Positions 14,882 through 25,092 of a DNA stretch of 64,000 nt are shown here, piece by piece; within the stretch, counting starts at the first letter, position 1; the number at the start of each line of letters is the position of its first letter. The notes under the pieces are model-generated. The model was not told the DNA's origin. It saw only the letters and a list, made by a program, of their open reading frames with translations, and did no database searches. The translations under genes and the position numbers were made by a program. Source of the DNA: Leptolyngbyaceae cyanobacterium (lineage in GTDB: Bacteria; Cyanobacteriota; Cyanobacteriia; Phormidesmidales; Phormidesmidaceae); the NCBI GenBank assembly GCA_965263355.1, contig CBDHHL010000032.1:832001-896000 (forward strand), read 5' to 3'.

Positions 14882-15787
14882 ATGATTCTAAATCGTCGAT
14901 TTTGCATTGCCATTACTTTGTTGTTTACAGCTTCAATAACACAATCGTGTGTTGGCAGATTGTTTTCAACTCATCCAACAATAAAGATTGGATCAAAAGA
15001 GTTTACTGAACAGTATTTACTGGGTCACATGTTTGAAATTGCTCTTGATAATGCTGGCTACGTTGCTGATTATCAGTCTGTCGGCAGTAGTGAGGAAAAC
15101 CACAACGCTTTAGTTTCGGGCGAAATCGATTTGTACCCTGAATATACTGGAACAGCATTTATAGTTCATTTAAAGCAAACCTATAAGTCCACAATGTCCG
15201 CAGCAGATGTGTATGAAAAGGTAGCGTCTGAGTATGCCAAACAATTCAATATAGTTCTACTAGCACCCGCCTCTTTTAACAATACATATGCTCTAGTAAT
15301 GCGAAAAGATAAAGCTCAAAAATTAAACGTTGCCACAATAAGTGAGCTTTCTGATAAAACTGACAAACTTACTTTAGGTACCGACCTGGAATTTCTTGAT
15401 CGCAATGATGGCCTATCTGCATTGCAGGAGTTTTACGGAGGGCTTGATTTTGAAAAAGTTAAATCTCTAACACCTGATTTGCTCTATACCGGACTTGATA
15501 GCGGTGAATTTGATGTAACTACAGGTTATACAACTGATGGTCAGATTTCTGCGCTAGATCTACTAGTACTTGAAGACAATAAACAGTTCTGGCCACCCTA
15601 CAGAGTTGCTCCTTTTATTCGCCAAGAGGTCATAGACACCAACCCAGAAATAATTAACGTGATTAACAGTGTCACTAGCCTTTTAGATGACAAAACTATG
15701 AGTGTCCTTAATTGGGAAGTAGCAGGAAATGGTCGTGATCCAGAAGAAGTAGCTCGTGACTTCTTGGAGGAGCAGGGGATACTGTAA
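14882..15787 (+). CDS. Glycine betaine/osmoprotectant ABC substrate-binding lipoprotein (OsmF/OpuCC-like), orphan
   Basis: IGSKEFTEQ, DLYPEYTGT, FNNTYAL, EFLDRNDG, YTTDG, LEDNKQFWPPY; lipobox-like TQSC. Confidence 0.9.
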   Translation: MILNRRFCIAITLLFTASITQSCVGRLFSTHPTIKIGSKEFTEQYLLGHMFEIALDNAGYVADYQSVGSSEENHNALVSGEIDLYPEYTGTAFIVHLKQTYKSTMSAADVYEKVASEYAKQFNIVLLAPASFNNTYALVMRKDKAQKLNVATISELSDKTDKLTLGTDLEFLDRNDGLSALQEFYGGLDFEKVKSLTPDLLYTGLDSGEFDVTTGYTTDGQISALDLLVLEDNKQFWPPYRVAPFIRQEVIDTNPEIINVINSVTSLLDDKTMSVLNWEVAGNGRDPEEVARDFLEEQGIL

Positions 15788-15982
15788 AGGTGATTTTAAG
15801 CCTTACCTAGGAAAGTTAATAAATTTGTTCTTTGTAGGAAATCAGATATTTATCTCAGCAATCTAACCTGGACGAAGACGTCATTGCACATGAAATGACT
15901 AGTGTTTCAATGAATTAATTGCATACCTTGATAAAAGGTCGAGACTCGATTGTCCTACAAGAAATTAGGTAAATTCAAATGT

Positions 15983-16330
15983 TCAAATGTTCGATTTTTC
16001 GTCCTGCGCAAAATACTTTACCAGCACCTTCATCAACTCCCCAGGCTTACACTGCAAAGGTCGCTCAGGAGTAGGCGCAGGCATAAAATCAGTCCACTCA
16101 AAAACTTCAGCAAACCCACACATATGCAATGTCTGCACAATCGCCTGTACAGCCTGCTTAGAACCAATCACCAGAAGTTTAACCGGCTCCTTATCCTCCT
16201 TAGGAAAATTCCCAAGCCTCTGCTTAATTTCAATACTGACCACCACATCAGCCTTACCACCAGCAACCTCTGAACCAACGAAAGCACTAGGATTTCCCAC
16301 AACACACCCTCCAAAATAATCCAGCACCAC
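15983..16330 (-). CDS. Small hypothetical protein, paralog of 49370-49615
   Basis: Shares V..IGS..AVQ....LH...A....W...P...E.M..L.K with 49370-49615; GGAGG RBS suggests a GTG start near 16300. Confidence 0.7.
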   Translation of the reverse strand: MVLDYFGGCVVGNPSAFVGSEVAGGKADVVVSIEIKQRLGNFPKEDKEPVKLLVIGSKQAVQAIVQTLHMCGFAEVFEWTDFMPAPTPERPLQCKPGELMKVLVKYFAQDEKSNI

Positions 16331-16334
16331 TTTA

Positions 16335-16367
16335 GTGTCACATATGAAACGTTAGCACATGTGACAC
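16335..16367. promoter_or_regulatory. Putative Xre operator overlapping the promoter of the small gene
   Basis: Perfect inverted repeat GTGTCACAT-N15-ATGTGACAC enclosing a minus-strand extended -10 TG-C-TAACGT. Confidence 0.55.
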
Positions 16368-16400
16368 GGTTTGCAGCTCATCCTTTGAAATGATGAGGAC

Positions 16401-16634
16401 ATGGGCAAAGCAGGCGATACCCTGAAACAGGTACTAGATAAATACGACATCACCCAATACCGCTTCGCAGCAACGATGGGGGTTGAGCGCACCAGCGTCG
16501 CCCGTTGGTGTAAAGGCAAAATCGACCCAACTGGCGACTCAATCATCGAAATCGTTCGCACCCTAAAAATCCTCAATCAGGATGCGGCCACTGAGTTCGT
16601 AACTACATACCTGGGCAGCGAATTAGATCCGTGA
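16401..16634 (+). CDS. Xre/Cro-like HTH regulator
   Basis: LKQVLDKYDITQYRFAATMGVERTSVARWCKGKIDP. Confidence 0.85.
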   Translation: MGKAGDTLKQVLDKYDITQYRFAATMGVERTSVARWCKGKIDPTGDSIIEIVRTLKILNQDAATEFVTTYLGSELDP

Positions 16635-16978
16635 GCTAAATCTGTGAGCTAAAAAGTAGGGGCTAATTCAATCAGACTTTGCTATGAAAATTTTCAAGCA
16701 GTAGCATGTAGCGTCTCAAAATAGTTCATTTGAACTTGTGCCAATTCAGTGTATTTGCCTTCAATCCACTCAAATTTCCTGTATGAAAGCCGTTCACTCA
16801 AAAAAGTACTGCTTCCCTTACAGAGAAAGGATTTCAGGTATTTTTACTCTTAAAAAATTCGGTACCCAAATGGGTAATTAGTCCAAAAGCCTATACAATT
16901 ACTGGACGACTACGCAGAGGGCAAAAATTAGCTCAGAATTAGCTCACTAAATTTTGGCTAAACCCTCAAACCCCCACT

Positions 16979-17065
16979 GGAGAGGTGGCAGAGTGGTTGA
17001 ATGCGGCAGACTCGAAATCTGTTATGGGCTTCGGTTCATCGGGGGTTCGAATCCCCCCCTCTCCG
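16979..17065 (+). tRNA. trnS: tRNA-Ser(CGA), intact
   Basis: GGAGAGG/CCTCTCC acceptor stem, GCAGA-CTCGAAA-TCTGT anticodon arm, long variable arm, GGTTCGAATCC. Confidence 0.95.
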
Positions 17066-17523
17066 TTTAATAGTAAGGCATTTAGCCTTTGACAATAACC
17101 TGAGAAAAGCGTCCTTAACGCAGCTTTTTTAAGCTGCAAACAGGTGATTGATACCCTGTTATGGGTGCCGTTCCAGGGCACGCTTGAGAAAGCAAGAAAA
17201 CTACATAACCCTTTACATGTAAAGGGTTAACCAACAGCTAAAAAAGGTAAGTTTACGCAGCGTCAGGGAAACTCTATATCCGAGGCAAGGCTGAGGATTT
17301 GTTTCCGCCTAAACCGGGGGAACAGAAACAGCAGCGTAGTGAACTGACGCTGCAATGTAATGCTTTGATAGCAGCGCTCAAGGTAGCGAAAACCAAAAAC
17401 TCAGGAAATAGATAATCAGCATTTGAAGGGAAAGCAGAAGCTAGTGCAAACAGTGGCAGAGTGGCTCAGGGTGAGATCGCATCCCCAAATCAAACCACCG
17501 TTCAAAGGGGTTCATACCTCTAA

Positions 17524-18372
17524 TCAATTAGTCGTTTTTATTCGACAGAGATAATAAAGCCATAAATCTGAACTTATTAAAAGCGTATCCATATCCAAAA
17601 CCTTCTCCGTACTTTGCCATGGATAAATTTCCACCTGGTTAAAATCTTTAGAAAGCTGTTTAATCTGTTGCGCGGCACGGATATAGTAAGTACTCAAACG
17701 AAAATTATGGGATTCATCACGGACGATTAGATGATCCGCTTCAGCCAAGGTTGCCCGCGTCATGGGACGATTAAATAACCAAAACAGACCCAGCATGACT
17801 AAGTTTTCATAGGTCTTGAGAGGATTAGAGCCAATCTGCTTTTGCCAGGTGAGTTCGTTTTCTAACGCCTGGAGGTTATGACTAGAAAAGAAAAAATAAC
17901 AACCTTGTTTACCCACTCGCTTAATCTCTTGGAAAATTTTCAGCCTATCTTGGTGGGAAACGTAATCAATACCATTGAAGCTAAATAAAATAAAGTCAAA
18001 CGAGTTGTTGCCAAACTGACTCAAATCTCTGGCATCAGAGACTTCAAAACTCATAGAAGGGGCCAGTTTACCAAACCGTTTTCGGCAGGCTGCCACCATT
18101 TCAGGCGAATAGTCAATCCCAATATATTGTTTCACCAGGGGGGCAAAATGCTGTGCTGTGCGACCACCACCTACCCCCATATCCAACATTTTCATAGTTG
18201 GCAGCTGGTCCCGAAGCCGCTCTAAAAGAGCAGCTTCTGCTGGCTGCAAGCGATTAAGTTGTGAATAATATCTGACAATATCTGCGGCAGCGTAAGTGGT
18301 TGAGTTTCTATCACCCATGAAGGCCATCGTGGCTAAGATTACTACGAACACCCATGGCAACCTCTTTTGCAC
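17524..18372 (-). CDS. Class I SAM-dependent methyltransferase
   Basis: MLDMGVGGGRT, GIDYSPEM, DARDL, FDFILFSFNGIDY; likely start is the later MGDRN. Confidence 0.85.
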   Translation of the reverse strand: MQKRLPWVFVVILATMAFMGDRNSTTYAAADIVRYYSQLNRLQPAEAALLERLRDQLPTMKMLDMGVGGGRTAQHFAPLVKQYIGIDYSPEMVAACRKRFGKLAPSMSFEVSDARDLSQFGNNSFDFILFSFNGIDYVSHQDRLKIFQEIKRVGKQGCYFFFSSHNLQALENELTWQKQIGSNPLKTYENLVMLGLFWLFNRPMTRATLAEADHLIVRDESHNFRLSTYYIRAAQQIKQLSKDFNQVEIYPWQSTEKVLDMDTLLISSDLWLYYLCRIKTTN

Positions 18373-18567
18373 CCTGGCAGATATGGCAATGTGTTACATG
18401 CCATAAATTACGCCACCCACAGCTGCTGTAATCTCAAGCGTTTAGCGATCGCAAAAAGCTATGGACAGAGCGCTACGGAAGACAAAAAAGGGATTGCCAA
18501 ACAATCGATTGTGAATTTTGTGTAAGTAGTGATGAATAGCCTGAGGCTTTGTGGAAGCGATGCTTAA

Positions 18568-21501
18568 CTAAGCTTCGTATGCATCCATGGGAAGACAGGA
18601 ACAAACCAGGTTGCGATCGCCATAGGCCTGATCAATCCGATTAACCGTAGGCCAGAACTTACGCTCCTTGGTCCACTGGGTCGGATGTACCGCTTGCTCA
18701 CGGCTGTAGGGCCGCTCCCACTCTGCGGTCAAGTCAACCGTCGTATGGGGTGCATTGACCAACGGATTATTATCCTGGGGCAGCTCACCCGCTTCGATTT
18801 GACGAATCTCATCGCGAATAGCAATCATCGCATCACAGAAACGGTCTAGCTCTGCCAACGACTCACTCTCAGTGGGCTCCACCATGATGGTGCCCGCCAC
18901 CGGCCAGGACATAGTAGGCGGATGAAAGCCATAGTCAATCATGCGTTTAGCAATGTCATCCACATTCACATTGGCCGAATTCTTAAAGCTGCGTAGGTCA
19001 ACAATACATTCGTGGGCCACCAGCCCCGCATTGCCCTTGTAAAGGATGTCGTAATGCCCTTCCAACCGCTTAGCAATGTAGTTAGCGCTAAGAATCGCTG
19101 TCTTAGTGGCATGGGTCAGACCAGTTGCCCCCATCATCTGAATGTACATCCAGGAAATCGGCAGAATACTGGCACTGCCCCAGGGCGCAGCGGATATGGC
19201 CCCGACGGACTGCTCAGTGCCCAGGGTGGGGGTGAGGCTATGGCCCGGTAAGAACGGTACCAGATGCTGTTGTACACCGATGGGACCAACGCCAGGACCA
19301 CCACCACCGTGGGGAATACAGAAAGTTTTATGGAGGTTCAGATGGCAGACATCAGCGCCAATGTCCCCAGGGCTGCATAGACCCACCTGGGCATTCATGT
19401 TGGCCCCATCCATATACACCTGGCCGCCATGGTGGTGAATCAGGTCACATACCGTGCGAATAGTGGCCTCAAATACCCCATGGGTAGAGGGGTAGGTGAT
19501 CATTAAGGCAGCTAGATTATCGCTATGCTTCTCCGCTTTAGCCGTTAAGTCAGCCACATCGATGTTGCCATCGTCGTCACACTTAACACCCACCACTTTC
19601 ATCCCAGCCATGACAGCACTGGCAGGGTTAGTACCGTGGGCCGACTGAGGAATCAAACAAATATTGCGATGCTCATCCCCCCGTGCCTGGTGGTACTGAC
19701 GAATGACGAGTAATCCGGCATATTCCCCCTGAGAACCAGCATTGGGTTGTAACGAAATGCCAGCAAACCCGGTGATTTCAGATAGCCAGGTTTCTAGCTG
19801 CTCAAATAGCACCTGATATCCTTTGGTTTGATCCAATGGTGCAAATGGATGAATCTGACCAAATTCGGGCCATGTCACCGGCATCATCTCAGCAGTGGCA
19901 TTTAGCTTCATGGTGCAGGAACCAAGGGGAATCATGGCGGACGCCAGGGACAGATCCTTCATTTGTAGCGCGTACATATAGCGCAGCATCTCGGTTTCTG
20001 AATGATAGCTATTAAAGACCGAATGGGTGAGGTACTCGCTAGTGCGGACTAATTCTGTCGGAATAGTGGGCTCAGACGCAAGCATTTCTACGGCTGGCAT
20101 TGGTAGTTCACCAGCAAACACCTGCAGCAGTTGCACCACAGACTCAGGGGTGGTGGTTTCATCTAGGGAAATGCCAATGGTGGTGGCATCGATGCGGCGC
20201 AGGTTAATGCCTTGGATGAGGGCGCGATCGCAAATCTCCCCGGCCTGCTCCCCAGCATCCACCGCCAACGTGTCAAAAAATGGTGCTTCAGGCAAACCAA
20301 AGCCTAGCTTACTCAGCCCCTCGGCCAGCACAACGGTTAGTCGGTGCACTCGCGTAGCAATTGCCTTCAGACCTGCCGGGCCGTGGTAAACCGCATACAT
20401 ACTGGCCATCACCGCCAGCAGTACCTGGGCCGTACAAATATTGCTTGTCGCTGAGTCCCGCCGAATGTGTTGTTCGCGGGTCTGTAGCGTCAGTCGCAGT
20501 GCCGGTCTGCCCTTACTATCTTTGGATACACCGATCAGACGACCCGGTAACTTCCGAGCATAGGCGGTCTTGGTGGCAAAGTAGGCCGCATGGGGGCCGC
20601 CATAGCCCAGGGGCACACCAAAGCGCTGGGTATTGCCCACTGCAATATCTGCCCCCATCTCCCCTGGAGCCTTGAGTAATGTCAGACTGAGTAAATCTGC
20701 TGCCACTGTCACCAGGGCACCTGCCCCGTGGGCAGTCGCAATTACATCGGTATAGTCGTGAATTGCGCCCGTACTGGCTGGGTACTGCAGCAGTAAGCCA
20801 AATAAAGGCTGACTAAAATCAGGGGCATCACTAACAACGACCTTGATGCCTAACGGCAGGGCACGGGTCTGAATTACCTCAATGGTCTGGGGATGACAGT
20901 CCGCCGATACCCAAAAGATTTTGGCCTTTTTGGCATCCTTATTTTTGCAAACCCCCAAACTCATGGTCATGGCTTCAGCGGCAGCGGTACCTTCGTCTAA
21001 AAGCGATGCGTTGGTAATTTCCAGCCCTGTTAGGTCGCTGACCATGGTCTGATAATTGAGCAGTGCCTCTAAACGGCCCTGGGAAATTTCTGGCTGATAA
21101 GGAGTGTACTGGGTGTACCAACCAGGATTTTCTAAAATATTGCGCTGGATGACGGGGGGCGTGATGCAGTTGTAATAGCCCAGGCCGATATAGCTGGTGA
21201 GCACCTGGTTTTGGGTTGCGATCGCATGAATGCTCTGTAAAGCCCCATGCTCACTCATTCCCTCACCCATAGATAGGGATTCAGCTAACCGAATTTCACC
21301 TGGCACCGCAGTATCAATCAACGCAGATAGATCGTCATAGCCCAGCGCACTTAGCATATAGACAATGTCCTTGTCCGTCAGACCGATGTGGCGTTGGGCA
21401 AAATCATTGGGCACGGCTAACTCATTAGCCCAGGTGGTAGAAAGGGTTGCAGACATCGGTTCAGACTTTTCGTAGGACATTAAGGGCGCCAAAGCGGCCA
21501 C
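18568..21501 (-). CDS. gcvP: Glycine dehydrogenase (glycine cleavage P protein)
   Basis: [51 protein letters not shown]; start may be 21456. Confidence 0.97.
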   Translation of the reverse strand: MAALAPLMSYEKSEPMSATLSTTWANELAVPNDFAQRHIGLTDKDIVYMLSALGYDDLSALIDTAVPGEIRLAESLSMGEGMSEHGALQSIHAIATQNQVLTSYIGLGYYNCITPPVIQRNILENPGWYTQYTPYQPEISQGRLEALLNYQTMVSDLTGLEITNASLLDEGTAAAEAMTMSLGVCKNKDAKKAKIFWVSADCHPQTIEVIQTRALPLGIKVVVSDAPDFSQPLFGLLLQYPASTGAIHDYTDVIATAHGAGALVTVAADLLSLTLLKAPGEMGADIAVGNTQRFGVPLGYGGPHAAYFATKTAYARKLPGRLIGVSKDSKGRPALRLTLQTREQHIRRDSATSNICTAQVLLAVMASMYAVYHGPAGLKAIATRVHRLTVVLAEGLSKLGFGLPEAPFFDTLAVDAGEQAGEICDRALIQGINLRRIDATTIGISLDETTTPESVVQLLQVFAGELPMPAVEMLASEPTIPTELVRTSEYLTHSVFNSYHSETEMLRYMYALQMKDLSLASAMIPLGSCTMKLNATAEMMPVTWPEFGQIHPFAPLDQTKGYQVLFEQLETWLSEITGFAGISLQPNAGSQGEYAGLLVIRQYHQARGDEHRNICLIPQSAHGTNPASAVMAGMKVVGVKCDDDGNIDVADLTAKAEKHSDNLAALMITYPSTHGVFEATIRTVCDLIHHHGGQVYMDGANMNAQVGLCSPGDIGADVCHLNLHKTFCIPHGGGGPGVGPIGVQQHLVPFLPGHSLTPTLGTEQSVGAISAAPWGSASILPISWMYIQMMGATGLTHATKTAILSANYIAKRLEGHYDILYKGNAGLVAHECIVDLRSFKNSANVNVDDIAKRMIDYGFHPPTMSWPVAGTIMVEPTESESLAELDRFCDAMIAIRDEIRQIEAGELPQDNNPLVNAPHTTVDLTAEWERPYSREQAVHPTQWTKERKFWPTVNRIDQAYGDRNLVCSCLPMDAYEA

Positions 21502-21712
21502 AAATCAAAGGCTACTGTTAGCCAGCTTATTACCAGCTAACGACAGAAGCAAAAGCCACCAGGGTACGTCTGATGGCTATAAATACTTATTCTTACCTAT
21601 TTCTTTAAGGATTTCACTTTCAATTCATAACCAGTCCTTGCTCAAATCGGCTCAATTTATCCCAAAATCATTGATAAACAAGCAATACAATAAACAGGCA
21701 GCGGGGGGCCGT

Positions 21713-21740
21713 GTAGGGACATTGCATGCAATGCCCCTAC
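21713..21740. repeat. GTAG-type REP-like palindrome (copy 1)
   Basis: GTAGGGACATTGCATGCAATGCCCCTAC; near-identical copy at 49632-49659. Confidence 0.8.
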
Positions 21741-21747
21741 ACGGCCC

Positions 21748-22140
21748 CTATGTGCCTTCGACCTGTTCAGCATATTCCTCTGCGGTCATCGTATCGTCAT
21801 CGATATTATCCAAATCATCGGCCTTGACTTTGATTAGCCAGCCGTCACCGTAGGGATCATCAGCAATTTGCTCTGGAGAATCCAGCAGCTGATCATTACG
21901 TTCAAGCACCTCACCATCTATGGGAGATTTCAGATCCTCTACCGCCTTGACAGACTCAATGGTGCCAAACGTTTCACCAGACTCTACGTTGTCACCTAGC
22001 TCTGGCAATTCTAAAAACACCACATCACCCAATTGGTCAATGGCAAATTCTGTAATGCCGATGGTGACAATATCACCGTCGATTCTCAGATACTCGTGGG
22101 TATCGGTGTACTGCAAATTGTCAGGATATTCAAAGGCCAT
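21748..22140 (-). CDS. gcvH: Glycine cleavage H protein
   Basis: GITEFAIDQLGDVVFLELP, lipoyl motif ESVKAV, DPYGDGW. Confidence 0.97.
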   Translation of the reverse strand: MAFEYPDNLQYTDTHEYLRIDGDIVTIGITEFAIDQLGDVVFLELPELGDNVESGETFGTIESVKAVEDLKSPIDGEVLERNDQLLDSPEQIADDPYGDGWLIKVKADDLDNIDDDTMTAEEYAEQVEGT

Positions 22141-22409
22141 GGGGGTTCCTCAACAGGTCCATAACTTGTGAACAATAAGCTGTTACTGAATCATTTATCA
22201 GCAACACCAACAATGAGCCGCCCAGTGCCTGTGATCACAAGCCTTAAGCATGCTGCTCCCTGATGGATAGCATTCGTTGATGAAAGTTTGCCACGGAAGT
22301 TGGACCAATAGATAGGGGGGTTAGACTTTTTTCCCGGTTTTTATCGGAAATTTTTGCTAACTTGCCTTAAAAAAACATTGATGCCATAAACTAACCGCAG
22401 AACGTATGA

Positions 22410-23264
22410 GTGATCCAATTCCCTCGGCAATCCATGGCAAATTTCATTGACGATATTCCTGAAGCTAGGCGCGAAACCCTGATTACGAGTACCGAACCAG
22501 CAGCCAAGTCTTCATCAAGCGTCACACCCTGGGTGCTGTTGGGGCTTGCCATCTTAGCAGTAGGCGGGATGGGCATCTGGTGGCTGAGACCCACCGCCCC
22601 CCAAGCAGATATCCCTGAGGTTGAGCCAACTGCTACCGCAACGATAGACTCTGCTGTGGCTGCAGAAGCCACTGAGGGAGCAAAAACAACCAACGTAAAT
22701 CTTGAAAACACCTCAGATAACGCCCCCACGAGCAGCTTGGGTTCTACTGAATCAAGTACGTCGGACAGTCTTTTGGGTCATCGCCCCTATCCAATTGCTG
22801 ATATTAATAATCTGATTGCCCTATCGACCAATTCTATGGTCCTACTCAAGCCCGAAGTTGCTCAGAAAGTAGAATTAATGATGGCTGACGCCGGGGCAGT
22901 GGGTGTGCCTTTGGACGTCATCTCTGGTTTTCGTTCCTTGGAAGATCAACGATATCTGTTTTTTGATCTCAAAGCAGAGCGGGGACAGACGCCCCAGACT
23001 CGGGCCGAGGTCAGTGCCCCTCCTGGATACAGCGAACATCATACGGGCTATGCCGTCGATTTTATTGACCCGTCTCAACCGGCCACTGATTTAAATGCCT
23101 CCTTTGAACAGACCCAAGCCTTTCGCTGGTTAGACGAAAATGCTGCCTACTATGGCTTTGAAATGTCATTTACTAAGGACAACCAACAGAATGTTGCCTA
23201 TGAACCCTGGCACTGGCGCTATGTGGGTAATCAGGAAAGTTTAGAACTGTTTTATCAGGATTAG
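22410..23264 (+). CDS. D-Ala-D-Ala carboxypeptidase (VanY/M15B), membrane anchored
   Basis: SGFRS, SAPPGYSEHHTGYAVD, YEPWHWRY; N-terminal TM helix. Confidence 0.9.
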   Translation: MIQFPRQSMANFIDDIPEARRETLITSTEPAAKSSSSVTPWVLLGLAILAVGGMGIWWLRPTAPQADIPEVEPTATATIDSAVAAEATEGAKTTNVNLENTSDNAPTSSLGSTESSTSDSLLGHRPYPIADINNLIALSTNSMVLLKPEVAQKVELMMADAGAVGVPLDVISGFRSLEDQRYLFFDLKAERGQTPQTRAEVSAPPGYSEHHTGYAVDFIDPSQPATDLNASFEQTQAFRWLDENAAYYGFEMSFTKDNQQNVAYEPWHWRYVGNQESLELFYQD

Positions 23265-23332
23265 TGGGCTGTCAAAGTTTAGAAGTTTGGGTTGGTCGGT
23301 GAGTTGTGAATCGTGAACAGTTTTTCAACTTA

Positions 23333-24351
23333 ACGCATTATGTGAGTCTTCTCTAGCTTAGGTTAGGAGTGTGTTTCTGAAAGGTCAGCACATCAATATC
23401 AAAGCGCTTTCGTAACAGGAGCCTTAACGTATGGCTAGCCATCTTAGCCGCCACATGGACACACAAGCCTATTCGTGTTTTCCTGAGCAAGTTCTCCAGA
23501 TGTCGTCCCGTATTTTGGACCTCATGAAAGACGCCTTCAATCCGCTCTCGGAAATGTCCTAACAACCGTGCGAAGGCAGGTGGAGTTTGCTCATGCTGAT
23601 TATCTCGTTTGACGGTAAACACCCGGTTTCCAGTTGTTCTAGAGATATCCGCTTGCCAGTCATCGCCAATAAACCCTTTGTCGGCTAGGATGTCACACCC
23701 GGAGACAGCCGTCAGAACGGCTTCGGCTGCTTCACGTTCATCAGTGTGAGCGGGCACTAACGCATACACCACTGGAATACCGTTCAAGGTACTCAAAACC
23801 ACCAGTTTGTAGCCAAAATACTTCAGGTTTCGACTGGCACAATGTCCATAACTGGCACTCCCGAGAAAATCACTATGGCGCTTGCTTCGCTTATAGCCAA
23901 TGACAGGGACGGGCTTGGTATCAAGGAGCAACGTCGTCTCAAAGACTCCGTCGAGTTCCTTTACCCAGAATCGACGCATTTCTTCGAGCATGGCTTCTAG
24001 ACGACGGGCACGTCGATTGAACTGACTTTGGTCCAACAAGTTGGGAAATAGGCTCAAGTAATTTGCCCGAATAAATCCCAGAAACTGCGTCTCTCCAGGA
24101 AACGGAAAGTAATCCATCGCCAGCAGTAAGGTTAATATCTCGCTCTCACTGAACGTGGGTTGAGGTCCCGGTAACTTAGGCTTGAGTTGATGACCATAGG
24201 CTTGATACCAATCATCGACCAGTACAAAGATAATCGTCAGCAGGGTCGGGGCGTCTATCATAGTCATGAGGAGGCATCAGGCTTTGGTGTGGTTACCAGA
24301 TATCTTGATATCTCCTCGCCTATTCGGCGATTTTTAACTCACATAATCCGT
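23333..24351 (-). mobile_element. IS982-family insertion sequence
   Basis: Terminal inverted repeats ACGCATTATGTGAGT (23333-23347) and ACTCACATAATCCGT (24337-24351), 14/15 match; no clear target duplication. Confidence 0.85.
23353..24267 (-). CDS. IS982-family DDE transposase, intact ORF
   Basis: FSESEILT, SQFNRR, LLDTKPVP, YFGYKL, LADKGF, RERIEGVF. Confidence 0.88.
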   Translation of the reverse strand: MTMIDAPTLLTIIFVLVDDWYQAYGHQLKPKLPGPQPTFSESEILTLLLAMDYFPFPGETQFLGFIRANYLSLFPNLLDQSQFNRRARRLEAMLEEMRRFWVKELDGVFETTLLLDTKPVPVIGYKRSKRHSDFLGSASYGHCASRNLKYFGYKLVVLSTLNGIPVVYALVPAHTDEREAAEAVLTAVSGCDILADKGFIGDDWQADISRTTGNRVFTVKRDNQHEQTPPAFARLLGHFRERIEGVFHEVQNTGRHLENLLRKTRIGLCVHVAAKMASHTLRLLLRKRFDIDVLTFQKHTPNLS

Positions 24352-24645
24352 ATACTTTAAATTCTATACTAAATCGGGTTTGACTTTGCTCAGTTCTCTA
24401 ATAATGGATCTGAGGATTAGATTTTATTGATTTCTCTGTCCTAGGAGTGAGGGTTTAATAACTTCTGCAATTTCGTTTGAGTTGAGGCAAAGTGAGATAT
24501 CCTTTCTCTTCCCGAGAGGGGAAAAATCGGCACATTATTAAATTCCTGATTTGATTTTAGTCAAAAGTGTTAAGGATTTCTTGTGCGAAGGCAGTCAGAA
24601 GCTTCAGCACAAGTTCTGAATGCTAACGCTGACAACACTATTTTT

Positions 24646-24885
24646 TTACTGAACGTCAGATCCTGGAGTTGGCAGGGTAATTGTCTTATCCACTTCAACA
24701 GAGTCTACACCAGTGACTTCAGAGAGTGAAGACATTTTATCTGAGTCAATTGAGCCGGTAACAATACCGAGGGTGGACATCGTTTGAGCCACATCTAAAC
24801 CAGCTGCTTTTAGCTGGTCAGCTACCTGATCAATCTGTTCTAGATGGGCATCATCGATTGAGATTGTTACTTGTACCTTGCTCAT
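24646..24885 (-). CDS. Small alpha/beta protein (I9-propeptide/ACT-like) downstream of the subtilase
   Basis: MSKVQVTISIDDAHLEQ..LKAAGLDV..LGIVTGSI..LSEVTGVDSVEVD; ATG 24885 preferred over the longer track ORF. Confidence 0.55.
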   Translation of the reverse strand: MSKVQVTISIDDAHLEQIDQVADQLKAAGLDVAQTMSTLGIVTGSIDSDKMSSLSEVTGVDSVEVDKTITLPTPGSDVQ

Positions 24886-25092
24886 ATCTACTCCTGGGGT
24901 TGTATTAACAACGTCTGAGCCATCAGGCGCACAGTCCATCAAGCCCACGGCTAAGATGACAACAAGAAACCAGCGAGTTAGTTTTCTAAGCCACCTAGAG
25001 TGTCTCATAGTCTTAAGGCCATTGTGGATCTTTGCCAAGAGTAACGCAAAGATCCACAACGAACCTTTAAATGAGCATTTAAACGGACATCT

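Larger units (their letters stand above)
10581..17065. mobile_element. Integrase-less genomic island remnant at tRNA-Ser(CGA)
   Basis: Direct tRNA-derived repeats at both ends; plasmid-type cargo (TA pair, parA); no HIP1 site found by eye inside, although the flanks have several. Confidence 0.75.

Noticed and set aside
15950..16576. ORFs 15950-16273, 15987-16319 and 16352-16576
   Set aside because: Opposite-strand overlaps of better supported genes (the paralogous small protein and the Xre gene)
22140..22400. Glycine riboswitch upstream of gcvH/gcvP
   Set aside because: No recognisable aptamer motifs by eye; an Rfam scan would settle it
23262..23332. Possible end of a second IS (TAGTGGGCTGTCAAAG) beside IS982
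   Set aside because: No partner end or transposase found
24886..25059. Lipoprotein-like N-terminal extension of ORF 24646-25059
   Set aside because: The compact domain begins at MSKVQ; the longer start is possible but cannot be supported from the sequence alone
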